This document shows, piece after piece, positions 35,619 through 46,900 of a DNA stretch of 64,000 nt. Numbering within the stretch: position 1 is the stretch's first letter; each line of letters starts with the position of its first letter. Position numbers and translations under genes: made by a program. Source of the DNA: a virus (taxonomy: Duplodnaviria; Caudoviricetes). Under the pieces are notes generated by a model, which saw only the letters and a list, made by a program, of their open reading frames with translations, searched no databases and was not told where the DNA came from. The stretch spans positions 44,946 through 108,945 of the IMG/VR virus record IMGVR_UViG_3300045594_000145. One strand, given 5' to 3'.

Positions 35619-36360
35619 CTTTAGTCTGTTGGCGGGGGTAGATATTTATAGCAAGGAATTAAATTTATCTTTCCATCAGCCAAAACTTTACGATATCGCA
35701 GCTTTCGGGCTAAGTAAGTGGCAAGCAGTAATCAATTTACTACTCTGGGATAAAGAAAACTTAAAAGAGGAAAATAAAAAAAATTTAGAACAACTTTCTA
35801 ATTTTGATTGTATTTATCTTTTGCTACAAAATAGAGATCAAAATACTGGAGTTTGCCGGTATGAAACTAATTTCTTAAATTTTTGTACCTTAGTGTTCCC
35901 CGAGTTTACAGTTTTAATTCATCAAAAACAAAAATTTCAACTTGTCTTTCAGAATAAAGCGACAGAAGAAATAATTATTATAAATAAAGATAATTATGAT
36001 ATTTTCTTATTTTACATTGAAACATTGTTTTTAAAATTTGACTGTCAGTCTAAAGATCAATACAATATTGATAAAAATGACCAACTCGCAAAGAGAATAA
36101 AAGAAAAGTTAGACAGAAGACATAAAATTTTAGCAAAGAATGATTCAACAAAGGGTAAACATTCAATATTATACAATATGGTTTCTAGTCTTGCTCTTGA
36201 TTCACCGAGTGGACTAAACGAACTATATAATCTTACTTTATACCAATTTTATGAACAAGTAGGCCGCTATCATAAGAAAGTTGCCTATAATGCAGGTTTA
36301 TCTGCGATGCTGGCCGGCGCGCAAGATATTGAACTTGAAGATTGGTATGGAGATATATAA
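35590..36360 (+). CDS. hypothetical tail morphogenesis protein
   Basis: HQPKLxDI, LTLYQF, LAGA...W; synteny. Confidence 0.6.
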   Translation: MMDTNLQIDDFSLLAGVDIYSKELNLSFHQPKLYDIAAFGLSKWQAVINLLLWDKENLKEENKKNLEQLSNFDCIYLLLQNRDQNTGVCRYETNFLNFCTLVFPEFTVLIHQKQKFQLVFQNKATEEIIIINKDNYDIFLFYIETLFLKFDCQSKDQYNIDKNDQLAKRIKEKLDRRHKILAKNDSTKGKHSILYNMVSSLALDSPSGLNELYNLTLYQFYEQVGRYHKKVAYNAGLSAMLAGAQDIELEDWYGDI

Positions 36361-36383
36361 AATACTAAGGAGGTATTTACTTA

Positions 36384-37220
36384 ATGGCGAAGTATGGTAT
36401 TCGTGAAGTAACCGACATGGTCTTTAAAGCCAAGAGTGCTATGAGTATTGGTGCTAAGACTTTTGCAACTGGTCAGCCGGTTCTTGTCATTGATAGTGCT
36501 AAATCTTCTACTCTTGAAGGTGCTTCAACTACAGTTTATGCTCAGGGTGGTAGAGGTAACCCAAGACGAATTGCTTGGGATGGTGAAAAAACACTGACCT
36601 TCAAATTCCAGGATGCATTAATTAGTCCTATTACAGCTTCTATTCTGATGGGCGCAGGCTTATCTGAAGATACTCCATATGCTCAGCATGTCTTCGGATA
36701 TGTTACATGCACAACTGCGGGCACATTGGATTGCACAGGATTAGTTGAAGATTCTCTGTTCCTTGGCGCAGGAGATACAGCTCCAACTGCATTTACTGCT
36801 CCAGTTTGGGCAACTAAAGTTACTGATGGAGAAATGGTTGGTACAGCTGAAAAGGTAGCAGACGTCACAAAAATCAATGCTATTGCAGTAGCAGCAGCGG
36901 TGCAGGGTGATCAGTATATGATCGATGGTTATGTTACAACAACTAAGGGAACAAGTTTGAAGATTACTCCAGACAAGTTTGCTGGTAGTTTTGAGATTGT
37001 TGCATCTACATTATGGAGACGTGAATCTGATGGCGTTGATGTTCCTGCTCAGATTACAATTCCTAATGGAAAGGTAAAGACAGCATTTACATTAACGCAG
37101 TCACCTACTGGTGATCCAAGTACTTTCGACTTTGAAGTCGATGCATTAGCAGACTATATGTCTAATGATACATCAGCAGTTAAGAAGAAGGTTCTCTGCC
37201 AGATTGATGTTCTGGGTTAA
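36384..37220 (+). CDS. major tail tube protein
   Basis: YGIREV, YAQGGRGNP..IAWD, GDPSTFDF; high codon bias; terminator follows. Confidence 0.75.
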   Translation: MAKYGIREVTDMVFKAKSAMSIGAKTFATGQPVLVIDSAKSSTLEGASTTVYAQGGRGNPRRIAWDGEKTLTFKFQDALISPITASILMGAGLSEDTPYAQHVFGYVTCTTAGTLDCTGLVEDSLFLGAGDTAPTAFTAPVWATKVTDGEMVGTAEKVADVTKINAIAVAAAVQGDQYMIDGYVTTTKGTSLKITPDKFAGSFEIVASTLWRRESDGVDVPAQITIPNGKVKTAFTLTQSPTGDPSTFDFEVDALADYMSNDTSAVKKKVLCQIDVLG

Positions 37221-37229
37221 GCAATAATT

Positions 37230-37258
37230 GAAAGGCTCTTCGCAGAGCCTTTCTTTTT
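37230..37258 (+). terminator. intrinsic terminator
   Basis: GAAAGGCTCT-TCGC-AGAGCCTTTC-TTTTT. Confidence 0.85.
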
Positions 37259-37330
37259 CTAATAAGAATTCCTTGACAAAATTAGAAAAAGAGTGTATAA
37301 TTAAAATGTAAATGTATAAGGAGAAGACCG

Positions 37331-37819
37331 ATGGGAAAAATAAATGACTTTATTAAAAATCATTTAATAGATAAAGGGCAAAAACCTTTATCTTTCTGTC
37401 CTATAGCTAAAGATCTTCCTTTTGCGGTTTATCATTTATTGAATGAAATATCGGGGGAACATTTCTTCACATCAAATCGAACCGAAGGAAATTATTTTTG
37501 TGCGTTAGGATGGAAATATTTGGGCATTGCTTTCTATCATTTAAATGATGCAGGTACACCCGTATATAGATTATACAACAAGAGACTAGATAATTATCTT
37601 TATACTGTAGAGGTATCAGAAGTGCAGGATTTGTCCCAAAATGGTTGGGTTTATGAGGGAGTATGCTTTACCGCAGCTTCCTATGGTTTACCAATTTATC
37701 GAGTTCAAAATAAACTTAATAATAAATTTATTTTTACTCCAAGTTTATATGAAAGAGACAAACTTATCTTAAAAGATTGGTTAAATGAAGGCGTTGGCTT
37801 TTATGAAGGGATAAATTGA
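37331..37819 (+). CDS. DUF5648-like repeat protein
   Basis: Three PxYRLxN...(Y/F)T...E...L...GWxxEGxxF repeats; own promoter 37273-37301. Confidence 0.7.
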   Translation: MGKINDFIKNHLIDKGQKPLSFCPIAKDLPFAVYHLLNEISGEHFFTSNRTEGNYFCALGWKYLGIAFYHLNDAGTPVYRLYNKRLDNYLYTVEVSEVQDLSQNGWVYEGVCFTAASYGLPIYRVQNKLNNKFIFTPSLYERDKLILKDWLNEGVGFYEGIN

Positions 37820-37820
37820 T

Positions 37821-38198
37821 ATGGACTCACAAGTAGTTATTGCAATTATTGCTGGACTTATGGGTTCTGGTGTTACTGGACTGATTCAATTTTTAGTTGC
37901 TCGGCACGATCGAAAAGAATTAGCAAAAGAAAACGCAGAATCCGCGCAAGCCTTAATGTTACTTGGCTTAGGGCATGATAAACTTTTATCATTAACCGAC
38001 AGATTCGTCAATCGAGGCGGAATTACCCTTAAAGAGAAAAGAAATCTTGATTATCTATATAAACCTTACGTTCGTATGGGTGGTAATGGCGACTGTAAGA
38101 TTGGCTATGACGCTTGCCAAGAGCTAGAAGTAATTTCAGAAGACCGAGCAAAAGAATTAGACACGCAAATCAAAAGGAAATTTTGTGGATTTGAATAA
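37821..38198 (+). CDS. holin-like membrane protein
   Basis: N-terminal TM, LYKPYxxMGGNG motif. Confidence 0.6.
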   Translation: MDSQVVIAIIAGLMGSGVTGLIQFLVARHDRKELAKENAESAQALMLLGLGHDKLLSLTDRFVNRGGITLKEKRNLDYLYKPYVRMGGNGDCKIGYDACQELEVISEDRAKELDTQIKRKFCGFE

Positions 38199-38236
38199 TC
38201 TTTCTAAGGAAAGAAGATAAAAGAAAGGAGATAAGT

Positions 38237-38530
38237 ATGGATATAACGCAGTATTTAAATTTAGTTGCATTTTTAGGAACATTTTTAATTCTTTATATTG
38301 TTAAGCCATTGTTACCAGAGAAGGCGGTTAAATTTATTCCAGTTATGGCTGCAATTTGCGGTGTAATCTTCGTATCATTAATTAAAGGAAACTTTGATGT
38401 AATGATTTTTATTGAAGGTTTAATTTCTGGTTTAGCAGCAACTGGATTGAAGGAAATTATCAAAGGTATCAAAGAAGTCCTTTCTACTACAGATACCACT
38501 GATACAACAACTCCAACAAAGACAGCTTAA
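38237..38530 (+). CDS. holin
   Basis: Three TM segments, KFIP, GLISGLAATGL. Confidence 0.8.
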   Translation: MDITQYLNLVAFLGTFLILYIVKPLLPEKAVKFIPVMAAICGVIFVSLIKGNFDVMIFIEGLISGLAATGLKEIIKGIKEVLSTTDTTDTTTPTKTA

Positions 38531-38532
38531 AG

Positions 38533-38558
38533 AAAACGCTTGAGAAATCAAGCGTTTT
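38533..38558 (+). terminator. intrinsic terminator
   Basis: AAAACGCTTGA-GAAA-TCAAGCGTTTT. Confidence 0.8.
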
Positions 38559-38651
38559 ATTTTATTTAAAATATTACTTGACAAATGTTAAAAAATATGA
38601 TAAAATAAATATGTAAAGGGGAACTAAATTACAGAAAGGGAGGCCCCAGCT

Positions 38652-39203
38652 ATGGAATTGGAAATTAAAATAGAAACAAAAGAAGTCGAAATCAACGGCG
38701 AGAGTATTACTGTTAAAAGTCGTATTTCAACTAGGGAAAAAGAAACAATCATTGGCATTTGCCTTAAGAACGCTTCGCTCGGTGGAACATATAATAAATT
38801 ACGCTATGAAACAACCATCTACGCAATGCTAGTTTTATATTATTCTAATATTGCAGAAAAGATTGATAATTTCAAAGAAGAAAGCAATGCTGATTTAACA
38901 TCTTTATATGATAAATTTGATTCTAATGGAATTACTGATACTATTATTAATGAGATTGAATCTATGAATAAAGGTGAAACAATTCTCTTCTTAAATTATG
39001 CAACCGAAATGTATAATGAAGCAAAGGAGTCCGCAGACAGTGTTGGCTATGCATTATCAAATTTAACAACTACCTTCAGTACAACTATTGATAATATTAC
39101 AACCTCTCTTGGGGAGTATATAAATGATCCAGATTTTAAAGAAAAGTTATTAGAAGAAGCAACAAAAGCTCTTTCTAATTCTTCTACTAAGCCGATAGCT
39201 TAA
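38652..39203 (+). CDS. putative tail assembly chaperone
   Basis: Upstream of the tape measure; promoter 38578-38606. Confidence 0.5.
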   Translation: MELEIKIETKEVEINGESITVKSRISTREKETIIGICLKNASLGGTYNKLRYETTIYAMLVLYYSNIAEKIDNFKEESNADLTSLYDKFDSNGITDTIINEIESMNKGETILFLNYATEMYNEAKESADSVGYALSNLTTTFSTTIDNITTSLGEYINDPDFKEKLLEEATKALSNSSTKPIA

Positions 39204-39219
39204 TAAAAGGAGTTAATAA

Positions 39220-40977
39220 ATGGTAGCTAAATATTTGCATGCCGCTGCGGTAGTGCCACTAAATAAATTTAGAATAGGCAGTTATATTTATTTTAATTAC
39301 TACAACTGGCAAGCAGCTACCGCGGTTCAGACATTTGATGATAATTTGAATATTGGCAATATCAAATCTTATTGCGAACAGATAATTCTCGAAGAAACCG
39401 CTAGATTCAAAGCGGTAACTGGTATAGATTATAAAGATTTTATATCTGGCTTAAAGGAAAATGCTGAGCTAATAAATAATTTTAATATTTTATTTACTGG
39501 CGGAGTTGTTTCAAAAGAAGATGTCGGGGAAAACCCTTCTGGTAATTACGATAAAATTAGAAGGGCTTCTGCTGACATTGCGAATCTTTTACATAATGGC
39601 CAAGCGCTTTCTCCGGAAGAATTACAATTAATTGAAGCCTTCCTTGAAAATATGGGAGAGGTTAGTGCGAACCAGTATTTTTTAATTCAGCAAATGAAAA
39701 GTCCTAAGAGTGTTAAAGCATTAAATAATCTTTCTAATGGTTCTTATCAAATAAAAATTAATTCTGATGAATATTTCATTCAGATGGCTTTATCTGAATT
39801 ATATAAACAATTAAATTCTCCTACGAGTTTTGCTCAAATGGGCGGAGAAAAATTTGATAATATCGCAATAGACAAAATAATTAAGCAAACTAATTTTATT
39901 GCGACGAAAAAAATGCAGGACAACATCCAGAAGAATGTTGATAGTTTAGGAATTGTTTTGCAGAAAATAAAAAATCACGAGAAAATTTCTCCGGCTGAGA
40001 TTTCTAAGCCACTTTCTGAGTTACAGTTAGCTTATGGCGCTCAAACTGAATTGGTTGGCGCCTTAGAGCAAAAAATAGTTGAGAAAATCGGAGAAAAAAC
40101 TTCTAATTTCGCTGGTGCAACGATTTCAAGAGAAAGTCTTGATACCATTTTTTTAAAAATTAAAAACACTGGGACAAAAAGTATTCGTCTTACCGAGGCT
40201 TATGACCCGAAAACAGGCTCAATTAATAAAGCAAAACTCTCCGATCTTGCCGTTAATAAAACTGCTGATATTACGGTTACAATGCGGGAAGGACAAAAAA
40301 TTTCTGTTTCTCAGAAAAGATATAATCCTATGTCTTCTTATGGTTTACATATTACTTCAAGAACTCTTTCTAATCTCTTAGGTTATGCGTCTTCAGTTGA
40401 CCCAAGCTTAATTAACCAATTAAATAATCCCATGTTATTAAATGCTCTATATTTTGCTTATGGCAAAAAATCTTATGACTATTCAAGAAATTCAGACGGT
40501 AAATTAATTTTCCCTTTAAAAATTGTTAGTACGAATCCAGGCGGTCTCGGCAGGCCAAGAATAGATAAAGATAATAATTTAATCTTATCCAAATTTGCTC
40601 TTCGCTTATTAACAGGTTCTCTTTCATCAATAAATGCGGCCTTAATAGAGGTGAATGGAGAATTAATTCCTACACCTGCTTATATGGAGTTAGTTTTAAA
40701 AAATGTTCAAAAAACCTTTGGCGCCGGTGATGATTCTACAATATTTAAGGATGTTCAATTTAATGTTAATAATTTCACAACTGAATTGAGTCCAGTTATA
40801 AAAAATGCTAAGAAAAAGCCAGATAAAAATGAACCTTTCTCCGAAAGCAATAAGCGGTATGCTATTGAACGTAATACCGCGGCAAAAGAAATAATTGGCG
40901 ACCACAGAGTCACAATTCAAACACCTTTTGTTACAATGGAACAATATAAAAGTTTATTAACGAGTGGTCACTTTTAA
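39220..40977 (+). CDS. hypothetical protein (585 aa)
   Basis: Long ORF with AAGGAG RBS. Confidence 0.75.
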   Translation: MVAKYLHAAAVVPLNKFRIGSYIYFNYYNWQAATAVQTFDDNLNIGNIKSYCEQIILEETARFKAVTGIDYKDFISGLKENAELINNFNILFTGGVVSKEDVGENPSGNYDKIRRASADIANLLHNGQALSPEELQLIEAFLENMGEVSANQYFLIQQMKSPKSVKALNNLSNGSYQIKINSDEYFIQMALSELYKQLNSPTSFAQMGGEKFDNIAIDKIIKQTNFIATKKMQDNIQKNVDSLGIVLQKIKNHEKISPAEISKPLSELQLAYGAQTELVGALEQKIVEKIGEKTSNFAGATISRESLDTIFLKIKNTGTKSIRLTEAYDPKTGSINKAKLSDLAVNKTADITVTMREGQKISVSQKRYNPMSSYGLHITSRTLSNLLGYASSVDPSLINQLNNPMLLNALYFAYGKKSYDYSRNSDGKLIFPLKIVSTNPGGLGRPRIDKDNNLILSKFALRLLTGSLSSINAALIEVNGELIPTPAYMELVLKNVQKTFGAGDDSTIFKDVQFNVNNFTTELSPVIKNAKKKPDKNEPFSESNKRYAIERNTAAKEIIGDHRVTIQTPFVTMEQYKSLLTSGHF

Positions 40978-40995
40978 GCACTACGGGAGGTATAC

Positions 40996-43900
40996 ATGGC
41001 AGTAACTTATGAGAATAAAATTAAGAATACTATTGAGACAGTCGAAACAGGTGGCGCAAAAGCTTCGCAGACTTATCAGAATGTTGCAGACTCTTTACAA
41101 CAGATATCTAACAAGGCAAAGCCAGCGCAGACTTGGTTAGACAATCTTGGAAATACTGTTCTTAATACTTTTAGATACCAAGTTGTTAATAAATTTACAG
41201 ACGCTCTTTTAAGTGGCGGGGAAGAAATTGTTAGCTACTTAAAAGATGTAGATAAAGAATTAAATAATATTAGAATAGTGTCTGGACAAACTCAAGCGCA
41301 AGTTGAGAGTTTTTTAAGTACCGCTCAGACTGGCGCAACCCTTTTGGGCAAGACAACTGCCGACTATCTTGAAGCCGCTCAGCAATATTATCAGCAAGGT
41401 CTTTCTACTAATGAAGTTATTGCGCGCACAGATGCAACTTTAAAAGCTGCGAATATTTCTGGACAAAGTGTTTCTGATACCGTCCAGCAGACAACCGCTG
41501 TTTTAAATGGGTTTAATGTATCTTCTAAAGATATTAATAAAACTTTAAGTGTCATGGCATCTTTGGGTGCGGCAACTGCCTCAGACTTTGAAGAATTATC
41601 AACTGCTTCACAGAAAGTTGCATCTGCTGCTAGTACCGCAGGTATTCCATTAAATAATACAATGGCAATGATTACCACTATTGCTTCTGTAACTCGTGAG
41701 TCAGCAGAATCAGTGGGTACTTCATTAAATGCAATGATTGGCAGATTCAACAAATTGACAGTTGATGAGCATCAAAAAGTTTTTTCTACTATTGAGACGA
41801 CTCTTAGAAATACAAACAGTGATGTTTCTGTATTTGATAAAACAACGGGGCAAGTTAGAGATTTAAACTCAGTCTTAACAGACTTAGCCGGCGCCTGGAA
41901 AACATTAGATAAAAATAGTCAAGAAGCAATTTTAACTCAACTTGCCGGAACGAGACAAGCAAATAGACTTGCGGCTTTAATGAACAACTGGGATGACTAT
42001 CAGAAGAACTTAAAGATTGCCGCAGTTGCTGAAGGTTCTTTAGATGCACAGAATCAAGTCTACATGCAGTCCCTTGAAGCTTTAGACAACCAAATGAAGA
42101 CTGCTTCAATGACAATGTGGGGCAATCTATTTAACACAGATATGCTTAAGGGTTGGGATAAAGGTTGGACTAATTTTTATACTACAACTGGGAACATAAT
42201 TAAGAATATCGGTGGTTTGCCATCAATCCTTTCTCAACTTGGCATTGCCTTATTACCAATCTTAAATAAATTAGCTACTCCAATTATAACAAATCTTGCT
42301 GTAAAGTCCATTAATACTAAAACGACTGCTGAAGGGATGCCGATTGATAAGACTCAGAAAGGTATTAATTCACTCGGTGGAATCTATTCAGATGTTAAAT
42401 TATTAAACGATAATCAACTTTCTAAATTATCTGAAGGCCAAGTTACTGCATATAATAAAGCAGTTAATGCATTAAGTGAGCAGGTTACTTTAAAAGCAAA
42501 ATTACAAGAACTTGAAGAAACTCAAAAGTCCTATAATCTTAATGATATAAATGCAGCAGTAAAAAAGAATGAATTAATTGAAAAGGAACTTGAAGCTGAA
42601 AAGCAAAAAGCTGCTTTAAAGGCTCAAATCGAAAAGAGTCAAAAAAATGATATTGCTGTCGCAAAAGCGACTATTAAAGCAAATAATGATGCTTATAATG
42701 CTACGGTTAAAACCGAGGCAATTAAAAATTTCCCAGAACTTTTTAAAGGTAAAACAAAGGCATCAAAACTTTCAAAAGAAAGTAGAGAAATTATTGATTT
42801 TGCAGATGATACCTCTTCTAAAAGAAGTATTTCCTCTTTTGTTGACCAATATGACTTAAGCTCTAAAGAAAAAGAACAGCTCGTTAAGGAAATAAAAAAT
42901 TATCGAGCAGCTTTAAAAGCCGCTGTAAAAGTACAAGAAGATGCAAATTCAAAGGTTAAAGAGACATCCGCTGAGACAGAGACACTTAAAGCAACTTTAA
43001 AAACTCTGGAAAAGAATTTTAACAATAAACAGAATGTAAATTCTAAAGATTTTACTTCTTTATTGGCCGCAGGCGGGGACAGTAAGAATATTATTACCCA
43101 AAAATTTAATGCTTCAAATGCAGTTTCTCTTGGAACTTTGGGTGCGAATGAGACTTCTTTCTCAAGACTTGAGACAATTATAAATAAAATTGCTGACGGA
43201 CGAGATTTAGCATCTGTTTTAGATGAGTTTGGTATAAAACAGAAAGATCTTAATGGTGCATACTCTGTCTTGCTGGATAAAACAAAAGAAGTAATTCTTG
43301 AAAATGGTGAGAATGTTAAGGGTGCAACAGAAGACTTTAAAGAAGGAAACCTAAAAAATCAACCTGAAGTAGAACGACTCCTTGCGATGGAGAAGGCTAA
43401 GAAAAAAACTAAGACTCTTACGGCTATTGCCGCAACAGTTGCAGGCGTTACTACTTTGACAAGTGCTTTAAGTTCAATGTCAGAAGTCGGCGCAACCGGG
43501 TCTCAAAGAGTTCAAGCTGGTATCCAGGGAATTGGTTCTTCTTTGGCCGCAGCTGCAGCCATGATCCCAGACTATGGCTTTATAATTTCTGGCGTAATTG
43601 GTTTAATTACTACTGGTTTGCAGTATTTTGCAGAAGTCTCCCAACTTGGCGCAGACGATGCTGAAAAAATGCTCAATAGAATCACTGCGGCAAAAAAATC
43701 TATTGAAAAAATGACACAACCACTAGCCGAAGAAAGAGATGCCTTGTCTTCTGTCAGCGTTGCCGCAGATGATTTAGCAAAGAAATATAAAGCCCAGAAA
43801 TTTACTTATGATCAACTTTCTGAAAGCGAAAAAACTAACTATGACCAAGTTGCAGAGTATGTTGAAAAATATGCTCCTCAATTAATTTCATATTATGATA

Positions 43901-46900
43901 AAGAGGGTAAGGCTGTTTTGAATTTAAACCAGCTTTACTCAAATTCAGCTAAAACTAACCGTAATGCTCTTGATGAAAAATACCTGTCTGATGCTTATGA
44001 TGTTTATTCTTCAAACGATATCCAAAAACAAGTCGCTGGCAATAGTGCTGCTTTATTAGGGACTTACCAAAATGCGACTTCTGCGGTTATCAAATATAAG
44101 GAAGAAATATCTAAGGCGATTTCTCTTGGTGATACAAAGAATTTAGATACTCTTAATGATAAATTAGCAGAGCAACAACAAATTTTAGCTACTTTAAATA
44201 GTGATTGGGATGAAATTGTTAGCAAGCCAATTACTTATGGAGATAAGTCTTTCCAGTCTTTGGATGATTCTGGCCAGACTTTGATGAAAAACTTAAGTTC
44301 TTTCAATAATTTCTCTTCTCTTGGCATTGGGCAAGACGAAGGTTCAATCAGTGCTTATACTGGAGAAATTGAAACTTTAAGTTCTAGTTTAGCAACTCTT
44401 GGAGATCAAGCCAATAATTTCCTTGGTATGGATCAACAGCTTCAAATTGACGCCGCAAATATTGGAATTAGTTATGGCTTCACAAGTGACCAACTTCAGA
44501 AATATATTAGTGGATTAACCGAAGCTTCTTTCTTACAAGGAACTTGGATAGACCAAGTTAAAGAATTTGCTGATTCAAATTATGACAAGAAAATTTCTTC
44601 TCTAAATGATCAAATCGCAGCTTTAGAAGACAAAATGGCCTCAAATTCGGAACAACAAAAATCCGAAGAATCAATGGCTGGTTTTGTTACCACTTCTGGA
44701 GATTTTGAAAGACAGCAAGAACTTGAGAAAGAAGCCAATAATGAAACTATTCGAGAACATCAAAGGTTAACAGATGCGAAAGCTAGGGCAGTTCGAGATC
44801 AAGCTAACCTAGACAAAGAACTTTTAAGAGTTTATGAATCAGATGCTCGCCAGTATGCAAACTCTTCCAATGAAGCGTATAATAAAGTTTTAGACGATTT
44901 CAATGAAATGCAGTCTAAAATGGCTGACAGTGACGATGATACTAAAGCTGATTTACAGAAAAAATCTGGACGTCTCTATGCCATCTTAAAGGGTGACGAT
45001 GCCGATTATTATGATCACTGGGTTTCAATTAATATGGCTGAGATTGGAGACGAAGCCGAAAAAACTGGAATTTTAGCATCAAATTATAGCACTTATAATG
45101 AATATATGAGTGCCGTTGATGCAGAATATGCTAAAGCAAAAATAATTATTGCGAATACCACTGGAAAGGGTATCTTAGAAACAGAACAAGCGATTACTAA
45201 TGAGAAATATAAAAATTTAGCTGTCCAGTTAAGAAATGAAGGCAATAACGCTTCTGCGGAAACTTTAATTGCTGGTTCCGTTTCTGATAATAAAATATTA
45301 AAAGATAATGCAGCAACTACTGCTCAATTAGAAGGTCTTAGACAGACATTGCTTGCTAGAAAAGCACACGGTGAGCGAGTTTTAATATCAACCGACGGAG
45401 TTTATGAACAATTAGGAAATTTATATAATAACTCAATGAGTGCGATTGGCGCAGACGTAGTTGGTTTTGCCAATACGGGGACTGAACAAGTTTCCATTGA
45501 TGAAGCTCTTAAAAGTATTGATAAGGCTGAAGCAGCAATTAATAAAAAAACTAAAGAGACCGAAGGCAACGGTTCTTTGACTCAAGAACAGCAAGACGAG
45601 ATCAATGCTGCTATTGCCGGTTTCCAAAATTATGCTGACCTTGTGAAAGGTTCAACTGGTACTGAGTCAGATTTTAATTATGATACTACTGATTTTGGTG
45701 CATTAGCATATAAAGATACTGGCGGAGATGTTGTCAGTAATACCACCCCAGATGATGGAAGTGGCGATAGGGATAAAACAAAGAAGACTAAGCTTACTTC
45801 TTTAAAGGACATTAAAGAAGGTAAGGTCTACGATGAAACCATTGATAAATTAAAGAGATATGATGAAGAAATTGCTCAGGTTGAACATGATTTAGATATT
45901 CTTTCTGCAAAAAAAGACCATCTATATGGTACAGCTTATCTCGATAATCTTAAGAAAGAAATTGACCTTCAACAGAAAGATTTAGACCTTTCTAAGCAAC
46001 GTTTAACTGCCGCTGAAGCTATCGGCGCGCAAGAGAAGATAGACTTAGAAACACAAGCTAAAGCGCATAATCTTGCACTTGCTTATTCTTCTACCGGTTC
46101 TATTTCTAACTATAATGATATTATTCAAGCAATGGAAGCCGCTTCAAAAGATTATCAGACTACTATTGATGCTAAGACCGCGCAAGTAACTGCTTTAACA
46201 ACTCAATATAACGCAATGAAAGCAGCATATGATGATGCCTCAGATAATGACGCTAAAAATGCTGAATTAAATGCTTCTGCTGACCAAATGAATGCGCTTG
46301 CTGACCAGATTAATGCCATTACAGAAGAAGTCAATGCTTCGGTTGCAAGTCAATCTACATACAATGATTGGACAAAGAGTTTCAAAGACTCAATGGATAA
46401 TTATGAAAAGTATGCTGTTGAGGAAGTCCAAAAGACAGAAAAAGACATTCAAGATAAAATCTCTAAAGTTCTTACAGATAAGATTGAAGCTATTGAATAT
46501 CCAGTCACAATTGTAACAGATGCTTCTGAACAAAATGAAAAATACCTTGACTTACTTGCTGATATTGCAAAGAATAAAGGCAAAGTAACTTTCTCGGTTG
46601 ATGAAACAAATAATTTTGATAAGTTACAGAATACAATTAGTGAAATTAATTCACTGCTATCTCCAAGTGTTACCGGAGGTCTAAAAGATCTTCTAACTCA
46701 GAGTGACAATTTACTTGGTAAGATTCAGGACACTGATCTTGCGGCGGCACCTAAAGATTTGCTTGATGCTATTCGCAAGCAAGAAGAAACAATGATTAGT
46801 ACAGCATCTAATTTACAATCAATTATTTCTTCAATGAAGGATGCCTTTCAGACTGGCGTTGACTCTGCTGTTAGTACATTAAATGATGCCCTTGATAAAT